Below, in pieces: positions 53,755-63,621 of a stretch of DNA of 64,000 nt (its first letter is position 1; every line of letters begins with the position of its first letter). The position numbers and the translations under genes are program-made. The notes under the pieces are model-generated. The model did no database searches and was not told where the DNA came from. It saw nothing but the letters and a program-made list of their open reading frames with translations. The DNA is taken from assembly GCA_039630415.1 (NCBI GenBank), contig JBCNVB010000018.1, positions 35,233 to 99,232 of the forward strand, given 5' to 3'. Source of the DNA: a bacterium. Its GTDB lineage: Bacteria > DRYD01.

Positions 53755-54495
53755 ATGGGTTTCGAGCAAATTAAATTCATAATGATATATTACTTGGCAT
53801 GTATACTAACTTTTACAATAGTTACAATTCTAGGTTATTTTATAGCCATACAAAAATATACAGAAGGTCCCAAATGGATATTGATACCTATTACTGCCAT
53901 AATTGGAATAATCGCAGCCTATTTTATTGAACCAATATACAGAGATAAGCTACAAAGCAAATATTCAGATTCAATAAACCAGATCATATTCAAAAGTAGC
54001 ATTAGAATTGAAAATTTTGAGATACAAAAGTACATTCCTAATAAATCCGACTTCTTCAAGAGTTTTCTTGAAAAACAGAAAATATCTCATTATGAGTATA
54101 GTGTAAACGAAAATAATTCACTTATAATTAAGTACACAAAACAAAGGGAAAAGTATACTATACTTTTGTCGGAAATAAAGATTATTGAAGTTAGACCAGT
54201 AATTGGAGCTTATAGGACACCTCATAGATACGGTAGAAATCAAGAACAGTATACACGTGAACTTCTTTTTAGTGGCCTTTGCATCGGTATACCTAGTAAA
54301 ATATTAAATAAAGAAAGAATGTATCCACACTTATATTTCAGAGCATATGAAAAGCCAGATTATTCAGTAATACTGTCCTATTATCCTTCTCAAGAAAGTC
54401 CGTTTAAATTCTCCTTGTTTGAAAAAATAAACAATCAAATAGTCCAGCAAAAACTACAAGAAATTATATCAGTCATAAAAAGATATTTACTATGA
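53755..54495 (+). CDS. Array family B copy B4 (no upstream A partner)
   Basis: KYSDSINQ, KYIP, LSEI...LFSGLCIG, SPF.FSLFEK. Confidence 0.8.
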   Translation: MGFEQIKFIMIYYLACILTFTIVTILGYFIAIQKYTEGPKWILIPITAIIGIIAAYFIEPIYRDKLQSKYSDSINQIIFKSSIRIENFEIQKYIPNKSDFFKSFLEKQKISHYEYSVNENNSLIIKYTKQREKYTILLSEIKIIEVRPVIGAYRTPHRYGRNQEQYTRELLFSGLCIGIPSKILNKERMYPHLYFRAYEKPDYSVILSYYPSQESPFKFSLFEKINNQIVQQKLQEIISVIKRYLL

Positions 54496-54499
54496 GTAT

Positions 54500-55210
54500 A
54501 TGAATTTGGAAAGTTTCATAAATTATCAAAAAAAACTCATAAGAATCAAATCAATAATAGGAACTATATTTTTAATTCCATTTTTTATAGTTATTACCAT
54601 TATTATCATACCTTATTTTTGGGACATTGACTACTATACTGACTCTTACAATAACACTTTTCAAAAAATGCTGTGTTCATGTTTTACAATATTTTTTCTT
54701 TTGCTTCCAACATTATTAGTTATTCTACAGAGCATTCTTGACAGTTATACAAAATTAAAACACTATATCCTAGAAAAAACTACAAATGCAAGAGATATAC
54801 AAATTTTACCTTGGGATAGTTTCAATTCCAAAGATCAAGATCATATTATTAATTCTCTTTGTTTACACTTGAATGATTTGAAAAATTCCCTAGATCCAAA
54901 CCTAAAAAAATACATAGATGCAGTTTTAAATTATATATCCAAGTCTAGAGATATCATACGTAACGAAGTGATTATAGCACAATCTAAACATTTTCTAAAA
55001 GCCATAGTAATTAGTGTAGTTCTAATACAAGAAGAAACAATTTCATTCATACTATTAAGTCCCGATAAGGATAAAACACATCAAAAACTTGAAATAGTCT
55101 ATACACCTAACACCACACTTATTCCACTTTTTTATAGTGAGAAAAACATTACAGGTGTTGTAAATCACTACAAGGAAATAGCATGGAGATTGAAAGAACT
55201 TGGTTTTTAG
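54500..55210 (+). CDS. Array family A copy A5 (second subfamily)
   Basis: YFWDI, K.YIL, PWD, ends HYKEIAWRLKELGF. Confidence 0.8.
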   Translation: MNLESFINYQKKLIRIKSIIGTIFLIPFFIVITIIIIPYFWDIDYYTDSYNNTFQKMLCSCFTIFFLLLPTLLVILQSILDSYTKLKHYILEKTTNARDIQILPWDSFNSKDQDHIINSLCLHLNDLKNSLDPNLKKYIDAVLNYISKSRDIIRNEVIIAQSKHFLKAIVISVVLIQEETISFILLSPDKDKTHQKLEIVYTPNTTLIPLFYSEKNITGVVNHYKEIAWRLKELGF

Positions 55211-55953
55211 TAGAGTGTTACTTAATGTGCTTCATAACAACTGTCTTTTTATTTGCAGGTATCTACTCTTTACTTTTGAGACTTATAGAAGGCTTACCAT
55301 ATCTATCGTACAAGATACCTTTCGAGTCACTATTGAAACCAATATTTTTTAAATATAAATTAATTTTCAAATTGATATATTTTGCTATATCATTATTTTT
55401 GACGTATACTATAACTCCAACATTATTTAAATTTATTGAACACAAAGCAGAGAATAGATACTCTTATTACTTATGGAGAAAAACTTTCAAAAACGTACAT
55501 ATAGTTGGAGAAATAGAAATACAGAGATATGAACCTTTCGGAGCTAATCTTTTCAAATATATCCTGAAAAATCAGAAATTCACGAAAAAAGAATTAATAA
55601 TATACGAAAGAAATACACTAATGATTTACTACCACAAACAAACAAAAAAATATGCTGTAGCTTTAGCAGAGATAAAACTAGTTGAATATGAAAAAGTTAT
55701 AAGAGGAGGTGTTACAAATCAATATCTATTGTTTAATGGATTTGCTTTATTGATTCCAAATGAGATTTTAAATTATCAGATACCTAATAATTACTCAGTA
55801 TTTCTTGAGATTAGGAGTTCAAACTACACTGTACTAATGATAAATCATCCTGATAGCCTTTTTAAATTTGAATTACACCAAAAAGTTGATAATCAAAAAA
55901 TTCAAAATAGATTAGAAAAAATATTACAGGTAGTTAAAAACTTCTTATTATGA
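55183..55953 (+). CDS. Array family B copy B5 (second subfamily)
   Basis: 28-nt overlap with A5; LAEI...LFNG, IPNEI. Confidence 0.8.
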   Translation: MEIERTWFLVECYLMCFITTVFLFAGIYSLLLRLIEGLPYLSYKIPFESLLKPIFFKYKLIFKLIYFAISLFLTYTITPTLFKFIEHKAENRYSYYLWRKTFKNVHIVGEIEIQRYEPFGANLFKYILKNQKFTKKELIIYERNTLMIYYHKQTKKYAVALAEIKLVEYEKVIRGGVTNQYLLFNGFALLIPNEILNYQIPNNYSVFLEIRSSNYTVLMINHPDSLFKFELHQKVDNQKIQNRLEKILQVVKNFLL

Positions 55954-56013
55954 AAAATTTTTCACAGGAAATATTAGAATTTGTAAGTAATTAATCTAAT
56001 ATAACCTATCAAC

Positions 56014-56784
56014 ATGAGTTTAGATAATTTTATAAACTATCAAAAAATGCTTATAAAAATCAAAACAGTAGTAGGAACTGTATTTTTTATTCCATTTTTT
56101 ACACTTACTGCTATTACCCTCACAGCCTATTTTTGGGACACTGATTACTATAAAAACCACTATTTTCACGAATTTGGAAAAGTAATATGTATATGTAGTA
56201 CATCACTTCCTTTTTTAGTTTCAATAATACTGTTCATAAAAATTAGCATTCATGAGAATTATACGAAATTAAAGTATCATATTTTGAAAGAAATTACAAA
56301 TACCCAAAATGTACAAATTTTACCTTGGGATGATTTAAATATTGAAGACCAGGTCTCCATCATTAAAACTTTTTATCTACATTTAGATGATTTAACAAAG
56401 TCTCTAAATCTAAATCCAAAACTAAAAAATTGTGCATATACAGCTTTACGTTATTTGTCAAGGTGTATACCAGATAAGGATCTTGACATACCAATACAAA
56501 CAGAATCATTTGTAAAAGAGCCTATTAGTATAAATGATGTAGTTCTGGTGCAAGTAATCAAAGATTTTCTAAAAGCTATAGCAATCAATGCTACTCTGAA
56601 TACAAAGGAAACAATTTCATTCATATTATTAAATCCAGACATGGACAGAACATATCAAAAACTTGAAATAGTGTATACACCCAATTCTACACCTAGTCCA
56701 TTTTTCTACAATGAGGTATTCATTGATGGTATAGTAAATCACTATAAGGAAATAGCATGGATACTGAAAAAATTTGGTTTTTAG
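56014..56784 (+). CDS. Array family A copy A6 (second subfamily)
   Basis: Closely paralogous to A5. Confidence 0.8.
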   Translation: MSLDNFINYQKMLIKIKTVVGTVFFIPFFTLTAITLTAYFWDTDYYKNHYFHEFGKVICICSTSLPFLVSIILFIKISIHENYTKLKYHILKEITNTQNVQILPWDDLNIEDQVSIIKTFYLHLDDLTKSLNLNPKLKNCAYTALRYLSRCIPDKDLDIPIQTESFVKEPISINDVVLVQVIKDFLKAIAINATLNTKETISFILLNPDMDRTYQKLEIVYTPNSTPSPFFYNEVFIDGIVNHYKEIAWILKKFGF

Positions 56785-57551
56785 CAGAGTATTACGTAAT
56801 ATGCACTATAACATTTATCTTCTTACTAATGGGTATTTACTCTTTTCTATATGTTCTTTTACCTTCAGCGAGTCAACCTGATAGATCAAGTCCACTACTT
56901 AGAAGATTTGTGGAATCACTATTTTTTAAATTAAAACCACTATTTTTTAAATATAAATTAATCTTTCAGTTTGTATACTTTGTCTTATCATTATTCTGGA
57001 CGTTCATAGGATGTTTTATGTTATTCGAATTGGCCAAACATCAAGTAGAAGCAAGGTATTCCCATTCTTTATGGAAAAGATTTTTCAAAAATATACGTGT
57101 AGTAGGCGATATAGAAATACAAAGATACGAACCTTTTGGTGTTAATGTATTCAAAGATATCCTTAAAAATCAGAAACTCTCTGAGAAAAAGTTAGTAATA
57201 TATGAAAAGAATGCACTAATAATGTACTATCATAAACAAACAAAAAAATATATTATAGCTTTAGCAGAGATGATTTTGATTGAATACGAAAGAAAAAAAA
57301 CACGTATTATTACCGACCAGAAACTTCTGTTTAATGGGCTTATTATATCCATTCCAAATGAGATTTTAAATTATAAGATGCTAGATAACTACTCAGTATT
57401 TCTTGAGATTAGAAGTTTAGACTATACTACGATCATGATAAACTATCCTCAAAGCCCTTTCAAATTTGAATTACAAGAAAAAGTTGATAATCAAAAAATT
57501 CAAGATAGATTAGAAAAAATATTGCAAATAGTCAGAAGCTTTTTGCTATAA
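56757..57551 (+). CDS. Array family B copy B6 (second subfamily)
   Basis: 28-nt overlap with A6; closely paralogous to B5. Confidence 0.8.
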   Translation: MDTEKIWFLAEYYVICTITFIFLLMGIYSFLYVLLPSASQPDRSSPLLRRFVESLFFKLKPLFFKYKLIFQFVYFVLSLFWTFIGCFMLFELAKHQVEARYSHSLWKRFFKNIRVVGDIEIQRYEPFGVNVFKDILKNQKLSEKKLVIYEKNALIMYYHKQTKKYIIALAEMILIEYERKKTRIITDQKLLFNGLIISIPNEILNYKMLDNYSVFLEIRSLDYTTIMINYPQSPFKFELQEKVDNQKIQDRLEKILQIVRSFLL

Positions 57552-57552
57552 A

Positions 57553-58644
57553 ATGAGATACAAAAAGCTTAGTATATTATCTAAAAGGAAAAACAAAGTT
57601 GGTCAACTACCTCAGAGTTATATCGAATCAATACAAAAAGATCAGCTAAAAGGTAAGATTGAGATTTTCAAGTTCAATTCAGAAAATCTGTACATGGATA
57701 CCATTTTGGATCCTCAAGATATCTCCAAACTAGAATCAATAATGCAAAAGATAGATAAAAAATACAACTACATAATAAATATAGATACCTTCCCAAATAA
57801 CATTATTCCAAAGATAATAAAGAACTATATAGACATAGATGATTTTATAATAGAGGATTTGCTGAACACTGATCAAAGGATAAAGTTTGAGTCAAGAAAA
57901 GGACTAGTATTTATTGTTATTAAAACTCCTGTAGAATATGATCTGGAAAAAATAAAACAAGATCAAGTAATCAAAATATACGAACAAATGTCTATAATAG
58001 CAACGGATAACATCATATTTGTGTTTCAGGAAGGTATCGAAGGAGATAACTTAGATCCCTTTAGAAAAAACATAAATAATCTAAAGCAAAACTCAATAGA
58101 ATTTTTTGTGTACTATCTTATAGACTTATGTATAGATAGGTATCTTGCTTTCATGGAAGATATAGAAGATAAACTTAGACAGGTCGAGAAAAAAATTTTT
58201 AGTCAAGAAAAATTTGACATAGAAGAAATCTACTTTTTAAGGAGTAATATTGGTATAATGAAAAGAGATTTCATAAATATTTTAGAGCTTGTAAAAACGC
58301 TCAAAGTATCCTACTTTTCAGAAAACATGAAATACTACACTCAAGATCTTCTTGATCATGCTTACAAAATGTTAGATATGTTGAATAATGTAGATGATTT
58401 TACTTCTTATTTGATGGAATCATATATTTCGATGATTAATTCAAAATTTAATGAAAGTGTAAGAATACTAACAGTAATTAACACAATTTTTGTTCCAGCG
58501 ATATTTATTGCAAGCATATATGGTATGAACTTTGAAAATATGCCTGAATTGAAATGGAAGTATGGATACTTCTTTACTTTATTTATCATCTTTTCAGCAA
58601 TTCTGTTTTCTTTGGCATATTTCAAGTACAAAAAGTACATATGA
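57553..58644 (+). CDS. corA: Magnesium/cobalt transporter CorA
   Basis: YGMNF..MPEL.W.YGY signature. Confidence 0.92.
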   Translation: MRYKKLSILSKRKNKVGQLPQSYIESIQKDQLKGKIEIFKFNSENLYMDTILDPQDISKLESIMQKIDKKYNYIINIDTFPNNIIPKIIKNYIDIDDFIIEDLLNTDQRIKFESRKGLVFIVIKTPVEYDLEKIKQDQVIKIYEQMSIIATDNIIFVFQEGIEGDNLDPFRKNINNLKQNSIEFFVYYLIDLCIDRYLAFMEDIEDKLRQVEKKIFSQEKFDIEEIYFLRSNIGIMKRDFINILELVKTLKVSYFSENMKYYTQDLLDHAYKMLDMLNNVDDFTSYLMESYISMINSKFNESVRILTVINTIFVPAIFIASIYGMNFENMPELKWKYGYFFTLFIIFSAILFSLAYFKYKKYI

Positions 58645-60257
58645 GTCATAGATATATAAGCATTTTGTTTTGGCTGAGCATTTTTGTATATTTACTTCTT
58701 GGAATGAATAGCTTTATTTTTACTTATCCTGACGAAGGGAGAAATGCCTTTGCTACCCTATACATGATAAAATCAGGAGAATATATAGTCCCTTACTATA
58801 ACGGGGAAATAAGATATGATAAGCCTCCACTTCTGTACTACCTAGCTGCAATATCCTACAAGTTTCTATCCTTTTTTGGTGTAGAAAAGGTAGAGTTTAG
58901 TTTTAGATTAGTATCTGCTCTTGCAACTTTCTTTTCTTCAATAATTGTATATGAATTGAGCAAATATTTTATAAGTGGTTTATTTTATAGATATTTCAGT
59001 GTGGTAGTATACGTTAGCCTTTCAAATGTATTTGTTGAGTCAAAAGCGTTTGTTCCTGAACCACTTCTTTCCTTGTTTATAAACCTCTGTTTACTAAGCT
59101 TTTATAAAATATACCATGAAAATAACCTCAGGTGGAATATTGTTTTCTGGATAAGTTTAGGCTTGGGAATGCTAGCAAAAGGTATAATAGCGGTAATTAT
59201 TGTCTTTCTAGTAATATTTTGTTACCTCTTAATAAAAAAAGATTTAGGTTCAATAAAATTGATATTTAGGAATCTGTACAGCGTATTTTTAGGTTTACTT
59301 GTTGGAGTTAGTTGGTTTGTAATGGTTGGTATAAAAACACAGGGAGATTTTATTTATAAGTTTATAATGATTCATAATTTGGGAAGATTCACAGGGACTT
59401 CTAAAATGCATCTTAATCCTCTTTATTTCTACATTATCGTAATATTTGTTAATATCGTACCTCTATTTGAAATATTTGCTGTTTCCTTGTATTCCTTTAT
59501 AAGAAGCCTTTTAGATAAGCAAAGAACTTATAGTTTTCCACCAAATTTTAGTTTTCTTTTTGTATACTTTTTATCAATCTTTATTTTTTACAGTTTATCA
59601 CAAGGTAAAGTTCATCATTACATAATGCCGTGTTATATTCCTTTTTCTATCTTACTTGCATACTTTACAGAGAAGTATATATCTTTATACTTTAATAGGT
59701 TAGTTTTACTACTATCATTCATTCTTCCTTTATTAATCCTTTTCCAGAGGGTTTCGCAAGACTTTATACTAATCAAGAATGCTTTGCTAGTTTTGCTAAC
59801 AGCATTTAATTTAGTGTATTTCATTATACCCAAGAGATTTCTAGTAATCGCAGTAATAGTCAAGATATTTTTATTTTATATGTTTATAGTTTCACAGGTA
59901 GATAAATCTTTTCCCAACCAAAACAAACTTCTAGAACTAATCAAGGATAACTATATTTTGAAAGTTGGAGATATATCTACTCTATCTTTCTACAATCTTT
60001 ATATAAATAATTGCCATAAAACACCTGATCTATTTTATGCTATTCAATTACAGAGAATTGATGAAACAATTTATTTGGATATAGTAAGAAACTTAGAAAA
60101 TAACAGAAAAGTAATAATATTCACTAAACCAAGATATTTACAAAAAATGATGAGAATACTTGATAAACTTAGAATAAGTAATTTAGATACTCAGATAAAT
60201 AAAGTAACTGTTGCTCAATCAGTAATTTTTGCTATAACCCTAGATTTGGATAAATGA
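58641..60257 (+). CDS. ArnT/GT39 (PMT-2)-type glycosyltransferase
   Basis: PDEGR, P.YNG..RYDKPPL, LAKG, HHYIMP; start at the ATGA overlap with corA. Confidence 0.85.
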   Translation: MSHRYISILFWLSIFVYLLLGMNSFIFTYPDEGRNAFATLYMIKSGEYIVPYYNGEIRYDKPPLLYYLAAISYKFLSFFGVEKVEFSFRLVSALATFFSSIIVYELSKYFISGLFYRYFSVVVYVSLSNVFVESKAFVPEPLLSLFINLCLLSFYKIYHENNLRWNIVFWISLGLGMLAKGIIAVIIVFLVIFCYLLIKKDLGSIKLIFRNLYSVFLGLLVGVSWFVMVGIKTQGDFIYKFIMIHNLGRFTGTSKMHLNPLYFYIIVIFVNIVPLFEIFAVSLYSFIRSLLDKQRTYSFPPNFSFLFVYFLSIFIFYSLSQGKVHHYIMPCYIPFSILLAYFTEKYISLYFNRLVLLLSFILPLLILFQRVSQDFILIKNALLVLLTAFNLVYFIIPKRFLVIAVIVKIFLFYMFIVSQVDKSFPNQNKLLELIKDNYILKVGDISTLSFYNLYINNCHKTPDLFYAIQLQRIDETIYLDIVRNLENNRKVIIFTKPRYLQKMMRILDKLRISNLDTQINKVTVAQSVIFAITLDLDK

Positions 60258-61042
60258 ATATATTGATTATTTTATTTAGTGCAGGAATAGGCAAAAGGCT
60301 TAGGTTAGAGATCCCCAAACCACTTTGTCCTATTATGAAGACAAATCCACTAGATTATAACTTATCACAGTTAATTAGGTTTATGAATTCCATACCTTGT
60401 TACAACACTATGATATATATTAATCTGCATAAACAACCAAACATTGTATATGACCACCTATTTAAAAAATATCAAAAATTTATAGAAGAGCAAAAAATAA
60501 TTTTTATATATGAATCACAGCCTTTGGGACATATAGGAACGATTAATCTTCTGAAATATAACATAATCTCCTCAAATAAACTCGTTTTAATTAATTCTGA
60601 TACTCTGATACCCAACTTGGAAACCATCCTTGAAAAATTAATTCAAAAGGAACATAACTTTATGTTACTATATCAAATATTGCAAACACATAATTCAAAA
60701 ACACTAACTCATTTTGAAGTAATGCCTTATCTTAACTATTATAAAATAATCAAATATCATAAGGTAACACCAAATTCAACGAGAATCAATTTGTATACAG
60801 GTACAATGATAGTTAATATCAGTTACAACATTTCAAAATATCTATCCAAAGATCTTAGTAGCCTTAGTTTTCTTGATTTTGTTTCTTACCTAATAGAAAA
60901 TGATTTACTAGCTTTTTTTGTACCCAGGTTTTATGAAATTACATCTACGAGAGACTTGTTAGAAATTAATGTTTCATTTATTAAAGATCACTTATTTTTT
61001 GATATACTTTTTCCAACATTAAAGCCCTTGAACCTTTTATAA
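60254..61042 (+). CDS. Nucleotidyltransferase (NTP transferase) family protein, divergent
   Basis: SAGIGKRL...PKPL, E..PLG..G, INSD. Confidence 0.7.
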   Translation: MNILIILFSAGIGKRLRLEIPKPLCPIMKTNPLDYNLSQLIRFMNSIPCYNTMIYINLHKQPNIVYDHLFKKYQKFIEEQKIIFIYESQPLGHIGTINLLKYNIISSNKLVLINSDTLIPNLETILEKLIQKEHNFMLLYQILQTHNSKTLTHFEVMPYLNYYKIIKYHKVTPNSTRINLYTGTMIVNISYNISKYLSKDLSSLSFLDFVSYLIENDLLAFFVPRFYEITSTRDLLEINVSFIKDHLFFDILFPTLKPLNLL

Positions 61043-62420
61043 AAATCAAATTCTTACCACTATTTTTCTTTATCTCTGGAAAATTCTTTAAAAGATCATC
61101 AACCGTTAAATAATACTTTGCATCATCAAAAAACTTATCTTTTAAATTATAAAAATTGCTTCCTATGTAATAAACCTTTACTTTTGATGGATATTTTGAT
61201 ATCCTTCTTACTATTTTAGCATGGTAAAACCTCGACATATTGCCCAACTCAAGCATATCTCCAACAAATAACCAAACCTTATCAAAGTATTTAAACACTT
61301 TTTCAACTACTTTCAAATTCTCACTCAATGATAGATAGTTACTATTATAATAATCAGAGATTATATAGATACTTGAAGATAGTTTATGAAAATAAAACCT
61401 ATCTGTTTCTATAGATGAGTTAAGAATTTCGGAAGAATTCACCAAAATCGATTTAATATATGCATCAATAGCATTTTTATCCACCAACAGAAAATCAGAT
61501 ATAATCCTTTGAGTAAGTTTTAAGCTAAATAGGAAATTGACTAAGGTAGAAAGAGAAATTATACCTTCAAATTTCAGGTTATATTTTTTACGATCGATTA
61601 TTATGTCCAAGGTTGTATGTTTTATGGTAGGAGAGTAATTCTTAATAAAACTATTCTTATTAGGTATAAAGTCAAAGTTTGAATAGTTAGTGTATAGACC
61701 TTTAATTTTGGAAGGTATGATGAAATAGCCGTGCTTCTTGAGCAAATAGTTAGTCAATTCAGATTCAGCCCTGATAACACCTTTTAGATTATAAACAAAC
61801 TCTAAATGTTCAGGCCCAATAGAAGTTATTATTCCGTAGTCAGGATCAGTATAGGAGCATAAATATTCAATTTGATTAAACCCCCTCATACCCATCTCAA
61901 GCACTAATATTTGATGTTGAGAATTAAGACTAAATACAGTAAGCGGGACACCGATTTCATTGTTGAAACTTTTTTTAGAAGATAGTACTTTAAATCCCAC
62001 AAATTCAAGCATATTTTTAAGTATGTTTTTAGTTGTTGTTTTTCCCGCAGATCCGGCAACAGCCACTACTTTTAACCCTTTTACCTTATGGTAGTTTACA
62101 ACTAACCTGGATAGTTCAGCCAAAAAAACAACAGTACTCGGCACTAGGATAAAAACACATTTTTCTTTCATATGTTCAGGAACTTTGGATATATTTTCAA
62201 TTACAAAAATTTTTACACCTTTATTATATGCTTGATCCATAAAATCATGCCCATCATAATTCTTTCCACATAAAGCAACAAAAATACCTCTTTCACTAAA
62301 ATTTATTTGTCTAGTATCAGTTAAAACATTTTCTATTACATAATTTCCCTGATTATGAATATTGACAACATCTATAACAGATGTATTTTGTATTATTTGA
62401 TTAAGTGTGAGTTTTATCAT
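60981..62420 (-). CDS. murF: UDP-MurNAc-tripeptide--D-Ala-D-Ala ligase
   Basis: DTR, DGHDF, GSAGKTTTK, FNNEIGVPLT, EMGM, D.YNSN, GDMLELG, KGSR; likely start MIKL at 62420. Confidence 0.92.
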   Translation of the reverse strand: MIKLTLNQIIQNTSVIDVVNIHNQGNYVIENVLTDTRQINFSERGIFVALCGKNYDGHDFMDQAYNKGVKIFVIENISKVPEHMKEKCVFILVPSTVVFLAELSRLVVNYHKVKGLKVVAVAGSAGKTTTKNILKNMLEFVGFKVLSSKKSFNNEIGVPLTVFSLNSQHQILVLEMGMRGFNQIEYLCSYTDPDYGIITSIGPEHLEFVYNLKGVIRAESELTNYLLKKHGYFIIPSKIKGLYTNYSNFDFIPNKNSFIKNYSPTIKHTTLDIIIDRKKYNLKFEGIISLSTLVNFLFSLKLTQRIISDFLLVDKNAIDAYIKSILVNSSEILNSSIETDRFYFHKLSSSIYIISDYYNSNYLSLSENLKVVEKVFKYFDKVWLFVGDMLELGNMSRFYHAKIVRRISKYPSKVKVYYIGSNFYNLKDKFFDDAKYYLTVDDLLKNFPEIKKNSGKNLIFIKGSRALMLEKVYQKISDL

Positions 62421-63621
62421 TTTTTTGTAAGGATTTTTCGTAAGCAATTACAAAAGGCAGATAAATAAGAGCAGATATAATAATGTTAAATAAATTAAGA
62501 ATAATTGCTCTATAGTCCGTAGTAGCTAAGAAAGCACCTATAGGAGAGGGTAACATCCATGGTGCTTCCACATACACTTTTCCGACCAAATTAAGTGAAA
62601 ACGCTACAAAACTAATTGTACCTAAAATTAGTGGAACAATCATGAAAGGTACCAAAAAATAAGGGTTGAGAATAATTGGAATACCAAAAAGCAAAGGTTC
62701 ATTTATGTTAAAAAGAGAAGGAACAATAGCTCCTCTAGCAATAGTTCTTAAATAGGATGATCTAGAAAACAATAAAAGAATATTCAATCCTAAAGTAGAT
62801 CCAGCTCCACCAATCCATATAAACCACTGAAAAAATGGATAAGCCGTTATATAAGTTGCTTCCTTTCCACTAATAATCATCTCTGCATTAATAACCAAGT
62901 ACTTTTGCCACAAAGATAGAAAAATACTATTCACCAAAGATATACCATGTATACCCAGAAAATTCGTTAGATGCAAAAATATGTTCGTAATCCATACAAC
63001 CAGAATATTATCACCAAAATTCTCAAAAGGCAATAGTACCATCTTCAAAAACTCATTCAACTTCATGAAATTTGAAATAAAAGCTACAACTAAAAGAGTT
63101 ATAAGAAATGGTATAATCGAGTTCAAGCTATTAAGTACATACCTTGGAATAGAAGAATCATTCAAAACTCTAATCTGCAGTCTATTAAAAATATAGCAGG
63201 AAATAAATGAAATAATTATACAAGAAAACATATTTTTTACACCCAAAAGTGATATAAATTGAAATACACTCAGTTTATTCCAGTCTTCGTAGATTGCACA
63301 GCATACAATAAAACACACTGAAGAAACTAGGGCATATATTACACCATCCTTACCATAAAATACAGCAAAATTGTAGCCAATACAAAAAGCGAGATATATC
63401 GAAACAATACCCATGCTTACTAAATATAACTTTCTGAAAAATTCTACGTAAGATGCCTGTATACCATATTGCTTACAAAATACAAAAAATAACAAGAAAA
63501 AACTACCAACAACTATAATTGGTACCACATTTATCATAGAATTACGAAGTATAACTATGAAAGGAACAGAAGTTAGAGACTCTATTTTTGAGAGTATATC
63601 AATTATTTTTTGATATTTCAT
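62401..63621 (-). CDS. PTS cellobiose/chitobiose (Lac family) EIIC component
   Basis: FLGIHG, IGGAGSTLGL, PSLFNINEP.LFG.PIILNP, PW.LP.PIG. Confidence 0.88.
   Translation of the reverse strand: MKYQKIIDILSKIESLTSVPFIVILRNSMINVVPIIVVGSFFLLFFVFCKQYGIQASYVEFFRKLYLVSMGIVSIYLAFCIGYNFAVFYGKDGVIYALVSSVCFIVCCAIYEDWNKLSVFQFISLLGVKNMFSCIIISFISCYIFNRLQIRVLNDSSIPRYVLNSLNSIIPFLITLLVVAFISNFMKLNEFLKMVLLPFENFGDNILVVWITNIFLHLTNFLGIHGISLVNSIFLSLWQKYLVINAEMIISGKEATYITAYPFFQWFIWIGGAGSTLGLNILLLFSRSSYLRTIARGAIVPSLFNINEPLLFGIPIILNPYFLVPFMIVPLILGTISFVAFSLNLVGKVYVEAPWMLPSPIGAFLATTDYRAIILNLFNIIISALIYLPFVIAYEKSLQKNDKTHT

Noticed and set aside
50001-57551. Integron cassette array, DGR or prophage as the explanation for the A/B array
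   Set aside because: No attC-like spacers (genes overlap or are 4-60 nt apart), no integrase, reverse transcriptase or phage genes in the window, and differences are not adenine-specific.
58554-58640. Upstream start for the ArnT-like gene
   Set aside because: It would overlap corA by 91 nt; the ATGA-coupled start at 58641 is more plausible.
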